Positions 27,725 to 36,121 of a stretch of 57,365 nucleotides of DNA are shown here, piece after piece. The notes beneath the pieces are model-generated. The model was not told the origin of the DNA and made no database searches. It saw only the letters and a list, made by a program, of their open reading frames with translations. This DNA is from Christensenellaceae bacterium (GTDB lineage Bacteria; Bacillota; Clostridia; Christensenellales; Borkfalkiaceae). The stretch lies in assembly GCA_045654765.1 (NCBI GenBank), contig JAZONZ010000018.1, forward strand, positions 1 through 57,365, read 5' to 3'. Made by a program: the position numbers and the translations under genes. Each line of letters opens with the position of its first letter. Within the stretch, counting starts at the first letter, position 1.

Positions 27725-29098
27725 ATGAAATATGATGTAATAATTATAGGTGCTGGGCCTGGTGGAATATACTCAGCATACGAACTCAAAAAACTTAATA
27801 AAGACGTAAAAATTGCTATGTTTGAAACGGGTAAATGTCTTGAAAAAAGAAAATGTCCTATTGACGGTGAAAAAGTGAAGTCTTGTATAGGCTGTAAAAC
27901 TTGTGCTATTATGAACGGTTTTGGCGGTGCGGGTGCATTTTCTGATGGAAAGTACAATTTAACTAATCAATTTGGTGGAACGTTGCACGAGTTTATAGGC
28001 AAAAAGACTGCTTTAAAACTTATGGAATACGTTGATGAAATTAACTGTTCTCACGGGGGCGAAGGTACAAAACTTTACACAACGGCAAACAGTAAAATAA
28101 AAAAAATGTGTTTAGAGCACGATTTACATTTGCTTGATGCTTCAGTACGTCATTTGGGAACGGATATAAATTACGTAGTGTTAGAAAATTTATATAACTA
28201 TATCAAAGATGGTGTAGATATTTATTTTGAAACACCCGTTAAAACTATTGAAAAGCAAGGCGAAGATTATATAGTAGTTACTAAAAACGGCGAATTCGTT
28301 GGTAAAAACGTTATAGTATCAGTTGGTAGAAGCGGTAGTAAATGGATGGAAGAAGTTTGCGAAAGTCTTGACATACCAAAGAGTTCAAACAGGGTAGATA
28401 TAGGCGTAAGGGTAGAACTTCCTTATGAAATTTTCTCGCATTTAACCGATGAACTTTACGAGAGTAAAATCGTTTACAAAACACAACAATTCCAAGATAA
28501 AGTTAGAACGTTTTGTATGAATCCGCACGGCGCTGTCGTTTCCGAAAACACTAACGGAATAGTTACGGTTAACGGTCATAGTTACGAAGACCCTTCAAAG
28601 CATACTCAAAATACTAACTTTGCACTTTTAGTAAGTAAGCATTTTTCCGAGCCGTTTAAAGATAGTAATGGTTATGGCGAAAGTATAGCAAGACTTTCAA
28701 ATATGTTAGGCGGTGGCGTAATCGTTCAAAGGTTTGGCGATTTAATTAGGGGTAAAAGAAGTAATGCTTCAAGAATAGAAGAAGGTTTTGTAACACCAAC
28801 CTTAGGCGCAACTCCGGGCGATTTAAGTTTAGTAATGCCAAAGCGTATTTTAGATGGTATTATAGAAATGATATACGCTCTTGATAAAATTGCTCCTGGT
28901 ACTGCTAATGACGACACTTTATTATACGGCGTTGAAGTTAAATTCTACAATATGCAAGTAGAAATAAATAACGACTTAATGACTAAGCATAAAGGTTTAT
29001 TCGTAATAGGCGATTGCAGTGGAGTTACTCACTCTCTTTCGCACGCTTCAGCAAGTGGAATTTACGTAGCAAGATACATAACTGAAAATTTATTGTAA
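27725..29098 (+). CDS. FAD-dependent oxidoreductase (COG2509-like)
   Basis: MKYDVIIIGAGPGGIYSAYEL dinucleotide-binding N-terminus, a CPIDGEKVKSCIGCKTC Cys cluster and a C-terminal GDCSGVTHS motif. Confidence 0.75.
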   Translation: MKYDVIIIGAGPGGIYSAYELKKLNKDVKIAMFETGKCLEKRKCPIDGEKVKSCIGCKTCAIMNGFGGAGAFSDGKYNLTNQFGGTLHEFIGKKTALKLMEYVDEINCSHGGEGTKLYTTANSKIKKMCLEHDLHLLDASVRHLGTDINYVVLENLYNYIKDGVDIYFETPVKTIEKQGEDYIVVTKNGEFVGKNVIVSVGRSGSKWMEEVCESLDIPKSSNRVDIGVRVELPYEIFSHLTDELYESKIVYKTQQFQDKVRTFCMNPHGAVVSENTNGIVTVNGHSYEDPSKHTQNTNFALLVSKHFSEPFKDSNGYGESIARLSNMLGGGVIVQRFGDLIRGKRSNASRIEEGFVTPTLGATPGDLSLVMPKRILDGIIEMIYALDKIAPGTANDDTLLYGVEVKFYNMQVEINNDLMTKHKGLFVIGDCSGVTHSLSHASASGIYVARYITENLL

Positions 29099-29114
29099 AA
29101 TTAAAAGCGTTAAA

Positions 29115-29147
29115 AAATGCGTGTGTATTTGATTTACACACGCATTT
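29115..29147. terminator. hairpin between convergent genes
   Basis: 13-bp stem aaatgcgtgtgta/tacacacgcattt with a 7-nt loop. Confidence 0.7.
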
Positions 29148-29177
29148 ATATATATAGTAAATAAAAACTACAAAACG

Positions 29178-29987
29178 CTAAATTTTTTCTAAAACGGGTT
29201 TTCTATTTTCAAAGTAGCAATATTCTTCCACGCCCAAACTCTTTAATAGGTTATAACCTTCTTTTAATCCGTTAGTCATATTAGTCGTATTATGAGCGTC
29301 ACTACCAACGGTAAAATATTTTCCGCCAAGAGATAAAAACATTTTAATATAATACTCGTCTGGCATAAAAATATTGTAATTTATAAAGTTTGAAGTATTT
29401 ATTTCAAGTGCCTTTTTTTGTTTCACTACGCTTTTTAAAATTTCTTTAATTAAATTATCAAATTTAGTTAAATCATAGCCCTTGTTATACTTTCCGTTAA
29501 AATATCTAAGAGGCAACGTTAAATGCGCAACGCTATCAAAATCCGTGTTTTTAACGGCATCTAAAATGGCGGTGTAATATTCTTCACAAAATCTATCTAA
29601 CTTCTTAGTAGACCATAGCGGAATATCGCTAAAACCAAATTCGCTCTCATAAGAAAACGAAGGCATAAAATGGCGAGAAAGCAATATAAAATCAACGTTT
29701 TTAAGCGAATATATTTCTTTTGCTTTAGCAGGCTCTAACGTCGCTTCGCCCATTTCTAACCCAACTAACACTTTCATTTTATCCGCATATTGTTTTTTGG
29801 CTTTTATAGTATCTTCAATACTTTTAGAAATTTCATTAAAAACGTTTCTTAGTTTATATAAAGTTAAATCAACGTGGTCGGTAATAGCAATACCTTTTAA
29901 GCCACGTTTATAAGCCTCTTCACACATTTCAAATACGGTGTTTTTGCCATCGTGCGAATGAGTAGAGTGCGTGTGCATATTAAACAT
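29178..29987 (-). CDS. PHP-domain histidinol-phosphatase-family hydrolase
   Basis: MHTHSTHSHDG, ITDHVD and GSDAHN are PHP metal-binding motifs. Confidence 0.8.
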   Translation of the reverse strand: MFNMHTHSTHSHDGKNTVFEMCEEAYKRGLKGIAITDHVDLTLYKLRNVFNEISKSIEDTIKAKKQYADKMKVLVGLEMGEATLEPAKAKEIYSLKNVDFILLSRHFMPSFSYESEFGFSDIPLWSTKKLDRFCEEYYTAILDAVKNTDFDSVAHLTLPLRYFNGKYNKGYDLTKFDNLIKEILKSVVKQKKALEINTSNFINYNIFMPDEYYIKMFLSLGGKYFTVGSDAHNTTNMTNGLKEGYNLLKSLGVEEYCYFENRKPVLEKI

Positions 29988-30074
29988 AAAATCACCTCTA
30001 ACGTATCAAAATAATACTACATTTATTTTGCTTTGTCAAATATGATAAAAGTTAATTATAAATAGTTAAAAAAC

Positions 30075-30103
30075 TTGAAAATAAAAAATAGTTTTGTTAT
30101 AAT
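30075..30103 (+). promoter_or_regulatory. promoter with an extended -10 placed 6 nt before the ATG at 30110 (leaderless geometry)
   Basis: TTGAAA (30075-30080), 17-nt spacer, TGtTATAAT (-10 at 30098-30103), then aaaaat-ATG with no SD. Confidence 0.55.
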
Positions 30104-30109
30104 AAAAAT

Positions 30110-30283
30110 ATGGTAGACGTAAAAAGAATAAACGAATTAGCAAAAAAATCAAAAGAAGTAGGGCTAACCCCCGAAGAAATTGAAGAACAAAAAGTTTTAA
30201 GAAGAGCGTACATTGATAGCGTTTTAGGCAATATCAAGGGGCAGTTAGGTAATCCGGAAGATTATAAAAAAGGTAAAAAGTAA
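30110..30283 (+). CDS. DUF896/UPF0291 (YnzC-like) small protein, 57 aa
   Basis: Below the ORF-track cutoff. The translation is MVDVKRINELAKKSKEVGLTPEEIEEQKVLRRAYIDSVLGNIKGQLGNPEDYKKGKK, which matches the conserved family pattern. Its stop overlaps the next ATG. Confidence 0.75.
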   Translation: MVDVKRINELAKKSKEVGLTPEEIEEQKVLRRAYIDSVLGNIKGQLGNPEDYKKGKK

Positions 30284-30858
30284 TGGATAATAATTTTGAC
30301 GTTATAGAGACTAATATTAGAGAATATAGGTCTTTAAAATTAAAACTTAATACGTTAAAGCAAACCCTTTTAGAAAATAGAGAAGAAGCGTCTAATTTAA
30401 GGAAAAATTTTTCAAAGTACGATAAAGGCGAGTATAACGAAAAATTAAAACTTTTAAACGCAACTCACGATAAAGTAAAAGGGGAAATTAGTCAAACCAA
30501 AAAAAGAATTAAAGAAGTATATTCTATTACTGAAAAACTTATTTTTGACGGCGTCAATTATCATTACAGCGAAGTTTACGATAAGCAGTTATCAAAACTT
30601 TACGGCTACAACGTAGAAATTTACGTTTTTGAAATGGGCGATAATTTTGACCCGCTTATGTGTAGTTGTGACGTTATGATAGTCACGAAAGACAAGGCTC
30701 AGCACGGCAAAATTTTAAACAGCAAATCGTTTAGCATAAAAGCACTTTACAATAACGTTGTTGAAAAGAAAGCAAAAGTAGAAGTTTGCGTATATTCTAA
30801 AAAGCATAAAGCGGGCGAAGTTTTAACTTATGATGCGCAAATATTTTTAAAAGGTTAA
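30283..30858 (+). CDS. hypothetical protein (coiled-coil N-terminus)
   Basis: 191-aa ORF translationally coupled to the upstream gene. I recognise no family. Confidence 0.45.
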   Translation: MDNNFDVIETNIREYRSLKLKLNTLKQTLLENREEASNLRKNFSKYDKGEYNEKLKLLNATHDKVKGEISQTKKRIKEVYSITEKLIFDGVNYHYSEVYDKQLSKLYGYNVEIYVFEMGDNFDPLMCSCDVMIVTKDKAQHGKILNSKSFSIKALYNNVVEKKAKVEVCVYSKKHKAGEVLTYDAQIFLKG

Positions 30859-30860
30859 TT

Positions 30861-31664
30861 ATGAAATACAAAGTAATAGTAACTGACTATGACGGAACTT
30901 ATATTAAAAATGATAAGTCAGTATCCCCTTCTCAATTAAAAGCCGTTAAAGATTTTATATCAAGAGGGGGTTATTTTATTGTTTGCACGGGTCGTATGAC
31001 GAGCGGTATTGACCATTTTTTACTAAAAGATGGTTTTAACGGATATTTGGCAAGTTTTAACGGTGGTGAAATAGTCAATTTAAAAACGGGTGAAGTTTTA
31101 TATAAAAATCAAATAGACAACGCTACTTGCGTAGAAATAACCGAATATGCAAAAGAGCATAATATCAATATTTACGGATATCCTAATCGTTCGTTTATAA
31201 CTGAAAAAGAAGATGAAAAAACTGAATTTTATAAAAAAATGACGGGGGTTGACTATCAAAAAGTAGAAAGTGTTAGCGGTTATTTTAAAATTAGCAAAAA
31301 TAAATCTTCTAAACTCTTGTTTTTCGACAGCAAAGAAAAACTTGACGAGCATTTTGACGAAATTTACGAAAAATTTTCTCACAAAGTAGAAGTTATTAGA
31401 AGTAACGCTGTGCAAATTGACGTAAACGCAAAAGGCGTTTCAAAAGGAGAGGCGGTTAAAAAAATTAGTCAATTAATAAACGTGCCTATTAGTCAAATTA
31501 TTTGCGTGGGTGATTCTGGCAACGATATACCTATGCTACTTGCGGGCGGTGTGCCGATTGCGGTGGGAAACGCATTAAAAGAAGTTAAAGAAATATGTAA
31601 ACACGTAGTTTGTGATAATGAAAACGATGCAATTAAACAAGTAATTGAAAACTTTTGCATATAA
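30861..31664 (+). CDS. Cof-type HAD-IIB phosphatase
   Basis: VTDYDGT motif I, CTGR motif II and GDSGNDIPM motif IV. Confidence 0.88.
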   Translation: MKYKVIVTDYDGTYIKNDKSVSPSQLKAVKDFISRGGYFIVCTGRMTSGIDHFLLKDGFNGYLASFNGGEIVNLKTGEVLYKNQIDNATCVEITEYAKEHNINIYGYPNRSFITEKEDEKTEFYKKMTGVDYQKVESVSGYFKISKNKSSKLLFFDSKEKLDEHFDEIYEKFSHKVEVIRSNAVQIDVNAKGVSKGEAVKKISQLINVPISQIICVGDSGNDIPMLLAGGVPIAVGNALKEVKEICKHVVCDNENDAIKQVIENFCI

Positions 31665-31676
31665 ATTAAATATTTT

Positions 31677-31708
31677 AACCACTTTGAACTTTTCAAAGTG
31701 GTTTTTTA
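31677..31708 (+). terminator. intrinsic terminator
   Basis: aaccactttgaa-cttt-tcaaagtggtt followed by ttttt. Confidence 0.8.
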
Positions 31709-31807
31709 TATTATATCGCTTATATTTTAAAATATAGTCGCAAAACGTATTGACAAAGTGGTATAAATATGATATCATTTTAATATCACATAATGGAGGG
31801 TATGATT

Positions 31808-32836
31808 ATGAAGGAAAAAATTTTAACTACAAGAAAAAACGGTTTAGCCGTACTAAGTTTAACTATTTTGGTTTACGTAGGGTTAATTGCGTTAACAGTG
31901 TATGGTGCAATAAATATTACTGAGGGTAAATTTTCTATTTACGATATAGTTTTGGCGGGTGCAATAATTTTAATGGGTATTGCGTGGATTCCTTTTTTAG
32001 GTTTAAAAATATTAAAACCGCAAGAAGCGCTCGTTTTAACTTTATTTGGTAAGTATAAAGGCACGTTAAAGGGCGAAGGCTTTTATTTTGTAAATCCATT
32101 TTGCGTAGGATTTAACCCAGCGTCAGCAACAAAGTTAAAACAAAGTGGTGACGTTAATAACTTAGAGCAAGGCGGTTTGCAGTCTTTGGCTGGCTCAGGC
32201 TTACCAAGTATTTCTTTTGCGGATAAAAAAATATCTTTAAAGATAATGACTCTTAACAACAACAAACAAAAAGTAAACGATTGTTTAGGCAATCCGGTTG
32301 AAATAGGTATTGCGGTAATGTGGAAGGTTGTTGATACTGCAAAAGCGGTATTTAACGTAGATAATTACAAAGAGTACTTATCACTTCAATGCGATAGCGC
32401 TTTAAGAAATATCGTTAGAATTTATCCTTATGACGTTGCTCCTAACGTTGATACGACAGGAGACGGCGTTGCTGATGAAGGCAGTTTAAGAGGTTCAAGT
32501 GAAATCGTTGCAAATAGAATTAAAGAAGAAATTCAATCAAAGGTAGACGTTGCTGGTATTGAAATTTTAGAAGCGAAAATTACGTATCTTGCTTATGCTC
32601 CTGAAATTGCGGCAGTTATGTTACAACGCCAACAAGCATCGGCAATTATTGATGCGAGAAAAATGATTGTTGATGGTGCGGTAGGTATGGTTGAACTTGC
32701 TTTAACTCGACTTAAAGAAAATGACGTATGCGAATTAGATGCTGAAAGAAAAGCGCAAATGGTATCTAATTTACTTGTAGTGCTTTGTGGAAATCACGAT
32801 GCTCAACCGGTGGTAAACTCAGGAACAATTTATTAA
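31808..32836 (+). CDS. SPFH/band-7 domain membrane protein
   Basis: Two N-terminal TM helices followed by a stomatin/prohibitin-like core (ILKPQEALVLTLFGKYKGT...AVMLQRQQASAIIDAR). I placed the start at 31808, 8 nt after the GGAGG. The track start is 31793. Confidence 0.8.
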   Translation: MKEKILTTRKNGLAVLSLTILVYVGLIALTVYGAINITEGKFSIYDIVLAGAIILMGIAWIPFLGLKILKPQEALVLTLFGKYKGTLKGEGFYFVNPFCVGFNPASATKLKQSGDVNNLEQGGLQSLAGSGLPSISFADKKISLKIMTLNNNKQKVNDCLGNPVEIGIAVMWKVVDTAKAVFNVDNYKEYLSLQCDSALRNIVRIYPYDVAPNVDTTGDGVADEGSLRGSSEIVANRIKEEIQSKVDVAGIEILEAKITYLAYAPEIAAVMLQRQQASAIIDARKMIVDGAVGMVELALTRLKENDVCELDAERKAQMVSNLLVVLCGNHDAQPVVNSGTIY

Positions 32837-32837
32837 G

Positions 32838-33014
32838 ATGGAAGAAAATAAAAAACAAATACCTTTAAGGTTAACAAAACAATTATATAACGATATTTTA
32901 AAGTGGGCGGAAGATGATTTTCGTTCGGTTAACGGTCAAATAGAATTTTTGTTAACTGAGTGCGTTAAAAAACGAAAGAAATTAAAAGAAGATGAAACTC
33001 AAGGTGAAAAATGA
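32838..33014 (+). CDS. Arc/MetJ-type ribbon-helix-helix protein, 58 aa
   Basis: Below the ORF-track cutoff. The translation is MEENKKQIPLRLTKQLYNDILKWAEDDFRSVNGQIEFLLTECVKKRKKLKEDETQGEK. The IPLRL beta-strand plus RSVNGQIEFLL fits the Arc family. Its stop overlaps the copA ATG. Confidence 0.65.
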   Translation: MEENKKQIPLRLTKQLYNDILKWAEDDFRSVNGQIEFLLTECVKKRKKLKEDETQGEK

Positions 33015-35215
33015 GCAACTTAACAACAAAAAAGTATATAGTTGAAGGTATGAGTTGCTCGGCTTGTTCGTCATCAGTTGAAAGGGTAGTAAATAAAATT
33101 AACGGCGTAAAAAATGCGTCTGTAAATCTTACTTCGAAAATTCTAAGGGTGCAAGCGGAAAACGGCGTTGCTGACGAAACTATTATTAAAGCCGTTTCAA
33201 AAGCGGGATTTACCGCTACTATTTATACTGAAAATTCTTTTAGCGAAAAAGATAATAGTTTAAAAAATCTTTTAATATCTTTAATTTTCTTATTGCCGTT
33301 ACTTTATATTACAATGTTTAAAGACGTATTTATCGAGCCACCGTTTTTAGCGGGGAAAGAAAATATAATTTTAAACGTTTTAGTGCAACTACTTTTAACG
33401 ATACCAGTATACGTTATAGGAAAAAAGTATTTTATAAATGGTTTTTCTAAACTATTTAAGGGGGCTCCTAATATGGACTCTCTTATAGCGATAGGCTGTA
33501 CTTCTTCGTTTTTATACGGGCTTTTTAGTTTTATAATGGTCGTAATAGGCACTATAAATAACAACGATTTAATTATTGATAATTACGCAGGCCATTTCTA
33601 TTTTGAAAGTGGCGTTATGATAATAACAATCATTACTTTTGGTAAATATTTAGAAAGTAAAAGCAAGAAAAAAACGCATAGCGCAATAGAGTCTCTTAAA
33701 AATTTAACGCCTAAAACGGCAACCGTACTAAAAGATGGAAAAGAAGAAGTTTTAGATATCAACTTGGTTTGCGAACAAGACGTTATCGTTATAAAAGAAG
33801 GGGAAAGTATTTCGTGTGACGGCGTTATTATTGACGGTCAATGCGAAATTGACGAGTCAAGCATAACGGGGGAAAGTCTACCCGTATTTAAGAGCGTTGA
33901 CAGTAACGTTATAAGCGGAACAATTTTAGTTAGCGGATATATAAAGGTTAAAGTTACCGCCGTTAAAGAAAATACTTTAATTAGCAAAATTATCGAATAC
34001 GTAGAAAATGCCGAAAGCACGAAAGCGCCTATTCAAAGGTATGCCGATAAGATTAGTGGGATTTTTGTTCCCATAGTAATGACTTTAAGCGTAATTACTT
34101 TAATAGTTTGGTTAATTATAGGCAAGGCTTTTGATTTTTGCTTATTAAGGGCGGTTTCAGTTTTGGTTATTTCTTGTCCGTGTGCGCTTGGCTTGGCAAC
34201 ACCCGTTGCTATAACGGTTGCTACGGGAAAGTGTGCTAAACGTGGAATACTTGTAAAAGATGCTTTAACGTTAGAAGCGTTAGATAATATAAAAACGGTT
34301 ATTTTTGATAAAACGGGAACTATAACTACGGGCGATATTAAGGTGGTAGATATATACAATTTAGATAATGCTACTTTGAATATTTGTTCAAGTATAGAAA
34401 GTTTAAGTTCCCACCCACTCGCAAAAGCAATAGTTAAATATAACGATAATTTTGAAAGTTGTAGCGTGCAAAACTTTAAGTCTACGATAGGCTATGGCGT
34501 TGAGGGTTTTGTAAATAATGCTCTTTACAAAATAGGCAGTTACAATTTCGTAAAACAAGACAATTTTTCAAAACAATTATTAGAAAAATTTAACGAATAT
34601 AAAGATGGCGGAAAAACAATTTTATTTGTTAGTAAAGACGGCGAAGTTTTAGGTTTTTACGTTTTAACTGATGAAATTAAGGAAAATGCAAAAGTTTTAA
34701 TAGAGTATTTAAAAAGACAAAATATAAAAAGCGTATTACTATCGGGCGACAATAACTGCGTAACGAATTTAACAAAAGAAATTTTAAATATAGACGAGGC
34801 GTACGGCGAAGTTTTACCTAAAGATAAGGCTTTAAAAGTTGAAGAATATAATAGAGTTGGTAAAACAATGTTTATAGGTGATGGAATAAACGATAGTCCA
34901 GCGTTAACGAAGGCAACGATAGGTGTAAGCGTTCAAAGCGGAAAAGATATTGCTATTGATAGCAGTGATATCGTTTTGTTAAAAGACGATATTTTAAAAG
35001 TTGAAAAGGCGTTAAAGATAGGCTCTAAAACGGTAAAAATAATAAAACAGAATTTATTTTGGGCTTTAATTTATAACGTTTTAACAATTCCTATCGCTAT
35101 GGGCGTATTAGTTCCGTTAGGAATAACGTTATCGCCTATATTAAGTTCAATTTGTATGAGTTTAAGTAGTCTGTTTGTAGTTACTAACGCTTTAAGATTA
35201 TATATAATGGAGTAA
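33011..35215 (+). CDS. copA: copper-translocating P1B-type ATPase
   Basis: N-terminal GMSCSACS metal-binding domain, membrane CPC, DKTGTIT and GDGINDSPAL. Confidence 0.93.
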   Translation: MSNLTTKKYIVEGMSCSACSSSVERVVNKINGVKNASVNLTSKILRVQAENGVADETIIKAVSKAGFTATIYTENSFSEKDNSLKNLLISLIFLLPLLYITMFKDVFIEPPFLAGKENIILNVLVQLLLTIPVYVIGKKYFINGFSKLFKGAPNMDSLIAIGCTSSFLYGLFSFIMVVIGTINNNDLIIDNYAGHFYFESGVMIITIITFGKYLESKSKKKTHSAIESLKNLTPKTATVLKDGKEEVLDINLVCEQDVIVIKEGESISCDGVIIDGQCEIDESSITGESLPVFKSVDSNVISGTILVSGYIKVKVTAVKENTLISKIIEYVENAESTKAPIQRYADKISGIFVPIVMTLSVITLIVWLIIGKAFDFCLLRAVSVLVISCPCALGLATPVAITVATGKCAKRGILVKDALTLEALDNIKTVIFDKTGTITTGDIKVVDIYNLDNATLNICSSIESLSSHPLAKAIVKYNDNFESCSVQNFKSTIGYGVEGFVNNALYKIGSYNFVKQDNFSKQLLEKFNEYKDGGKTILFVSKDGEVLGFYVLTDEIKENAKVLIEYLKRQNIKSVLLSGDNNCVTNLTKEILNIDEAYGEVLPKDKALKVEEYNRVGKTMFIGDGINDSPALTKATIGVSVQSGKDIAIDSSDIVLLKDDILKVEKALKIGSKTVKIIKQNLFWALIYNVLTIPIAMGVLVPLGITLSPILSSICMSLSSLFVVTNALRLYIME

Positions 35216-35217
35216 TT

Positions 35218-35403
35218 ATGGAAATTATAGTAAATGGTATGATGTGTGAAAAGTGCGTAGCAAGAGTTAAAACCGCATTAGAGAATTTAGGCGCAACTAA
35301 TATCGTAATCGATTTAAAAAGTAAAAAAGTTTCTTTTGAAGGTGTAGATACAACTTTGGCTATTAGCGAAATTGAAGATTTAGGTTTTGAAATAGAGGTA
35401 TAA
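35218..35403 (+). CDS. copZ: heavy-metal-associated domain copper chaperone
   Basis: The 61-aa HMA fold carries the motif GMMCEKC. Confidence 0.8.
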   Translation: MEIIVNGMMCEKCVARVKTALENLGATNIVIDLKSKKVSFEGVDTTLAISEIEDLGFEIEV

Positions 35404-35404
35404 A

Positions 35405-35815
35405 ATGCAAAAAAACACCTATAACACGTTACAACGCACGGCAATAGACGGCATTTTTATTGGCAACAAAGAAAAAACTTATTCGGCAATGGAAATATTG
35501 TCTATTCTTCACGAGATAGGCGTTGACGCAAACAAAACGACAGTATATCGCTATTTGCAAAACTTAACTGAAAAAAAGATTTTAATTAAGTTCGTTGCCG
35601 AAAAGGGCGCAATGACGTTATATAAATATAACGACACGAATTTAGGGTGCGATAATCACCTTCATTTAAAGTGTTCAGTTTGTGGCAAAATAGAGCATTT
35701 AGGCTGTGGCGATATGGAAGATTTTAAAAATCATATACTAAAAGAACACGGTTTTTCTTTAGATTGTTCAACTTCTATACTTTACGGAAAATGTAGTGAT
35801 TGTGCTAAAAAATAA
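35405..35815 (+). CDS. Fur-family metalloregulator
   Basis: Winged-helix TVYRYLQNL, then HLHLKCSVCGKIEHL and a C-terminal CSDC, giving the Fur-family structural Zn Cys4 pattern. Confidence 0.75.
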   Translation: MQKNTYNTLQRTAIDGIFIGNKEKTYSAMEILSILHEIGVDANKTTVYRYLQNLTEKKILIKFVAEKGAMTLYKYNDTNLGCDNHLHLKCSVCGKIEHLGCGDMEDFKNHILKEHGFSLDCSTSILYGKCSDCAKK

Positions 35816-35962
35816 ATTAAAAATTTTATTTAACAGCACGTTTATAATGTTTTTTAACGCAAATATTTCATTTAATCACTAAAAAACAATGCAAAAAATA
35901 TAAAAAAATAGCGTTTTATTTAATTTTTTAAGTTAAAAATGCTATGCAATATAAAAAAAATG

Positions 35963-35971
35963 TGTTATAAT
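35963..35971 (+). promoter_or_regulatory. extended -10 element TGtTATAAT, best promoter candidate for the mdh-hdr-frd operon
   Basis: The sequence tgtgttataat has only a poor -35. An imperfect hairpin (36029-36059) lies in the predicted leader. Confidence 0.4.
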
Positions 35972-36077
35972 GTCTTTACGTAAAAAATAATGGCGTTATA
36001 TTTATAAAATAAATATCGTTTTTTAATGGCGTAAATTAAAGGGGGACCCCTTTTTACGCTATATGTTTTAAAAAAGT

Positions 36078-36095
36078 TTGTTAAATTTTTAACAA
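36078..36095. promoter_or_regulatory. Rex (NADH/NAD+-sensing repressor) operator
   Basis: TTGTTAAATTTTTAACAA is a perfect match to the clostridial Rex consensus TTGTTAANNNNTTAACAA. It lies 27 nt upstream of the mdh-like ATG. Confidence 0.65.
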
Positions 36096-36121
36096 TCATT
36101 AAAAGTTGAGGAGGTAACGCT

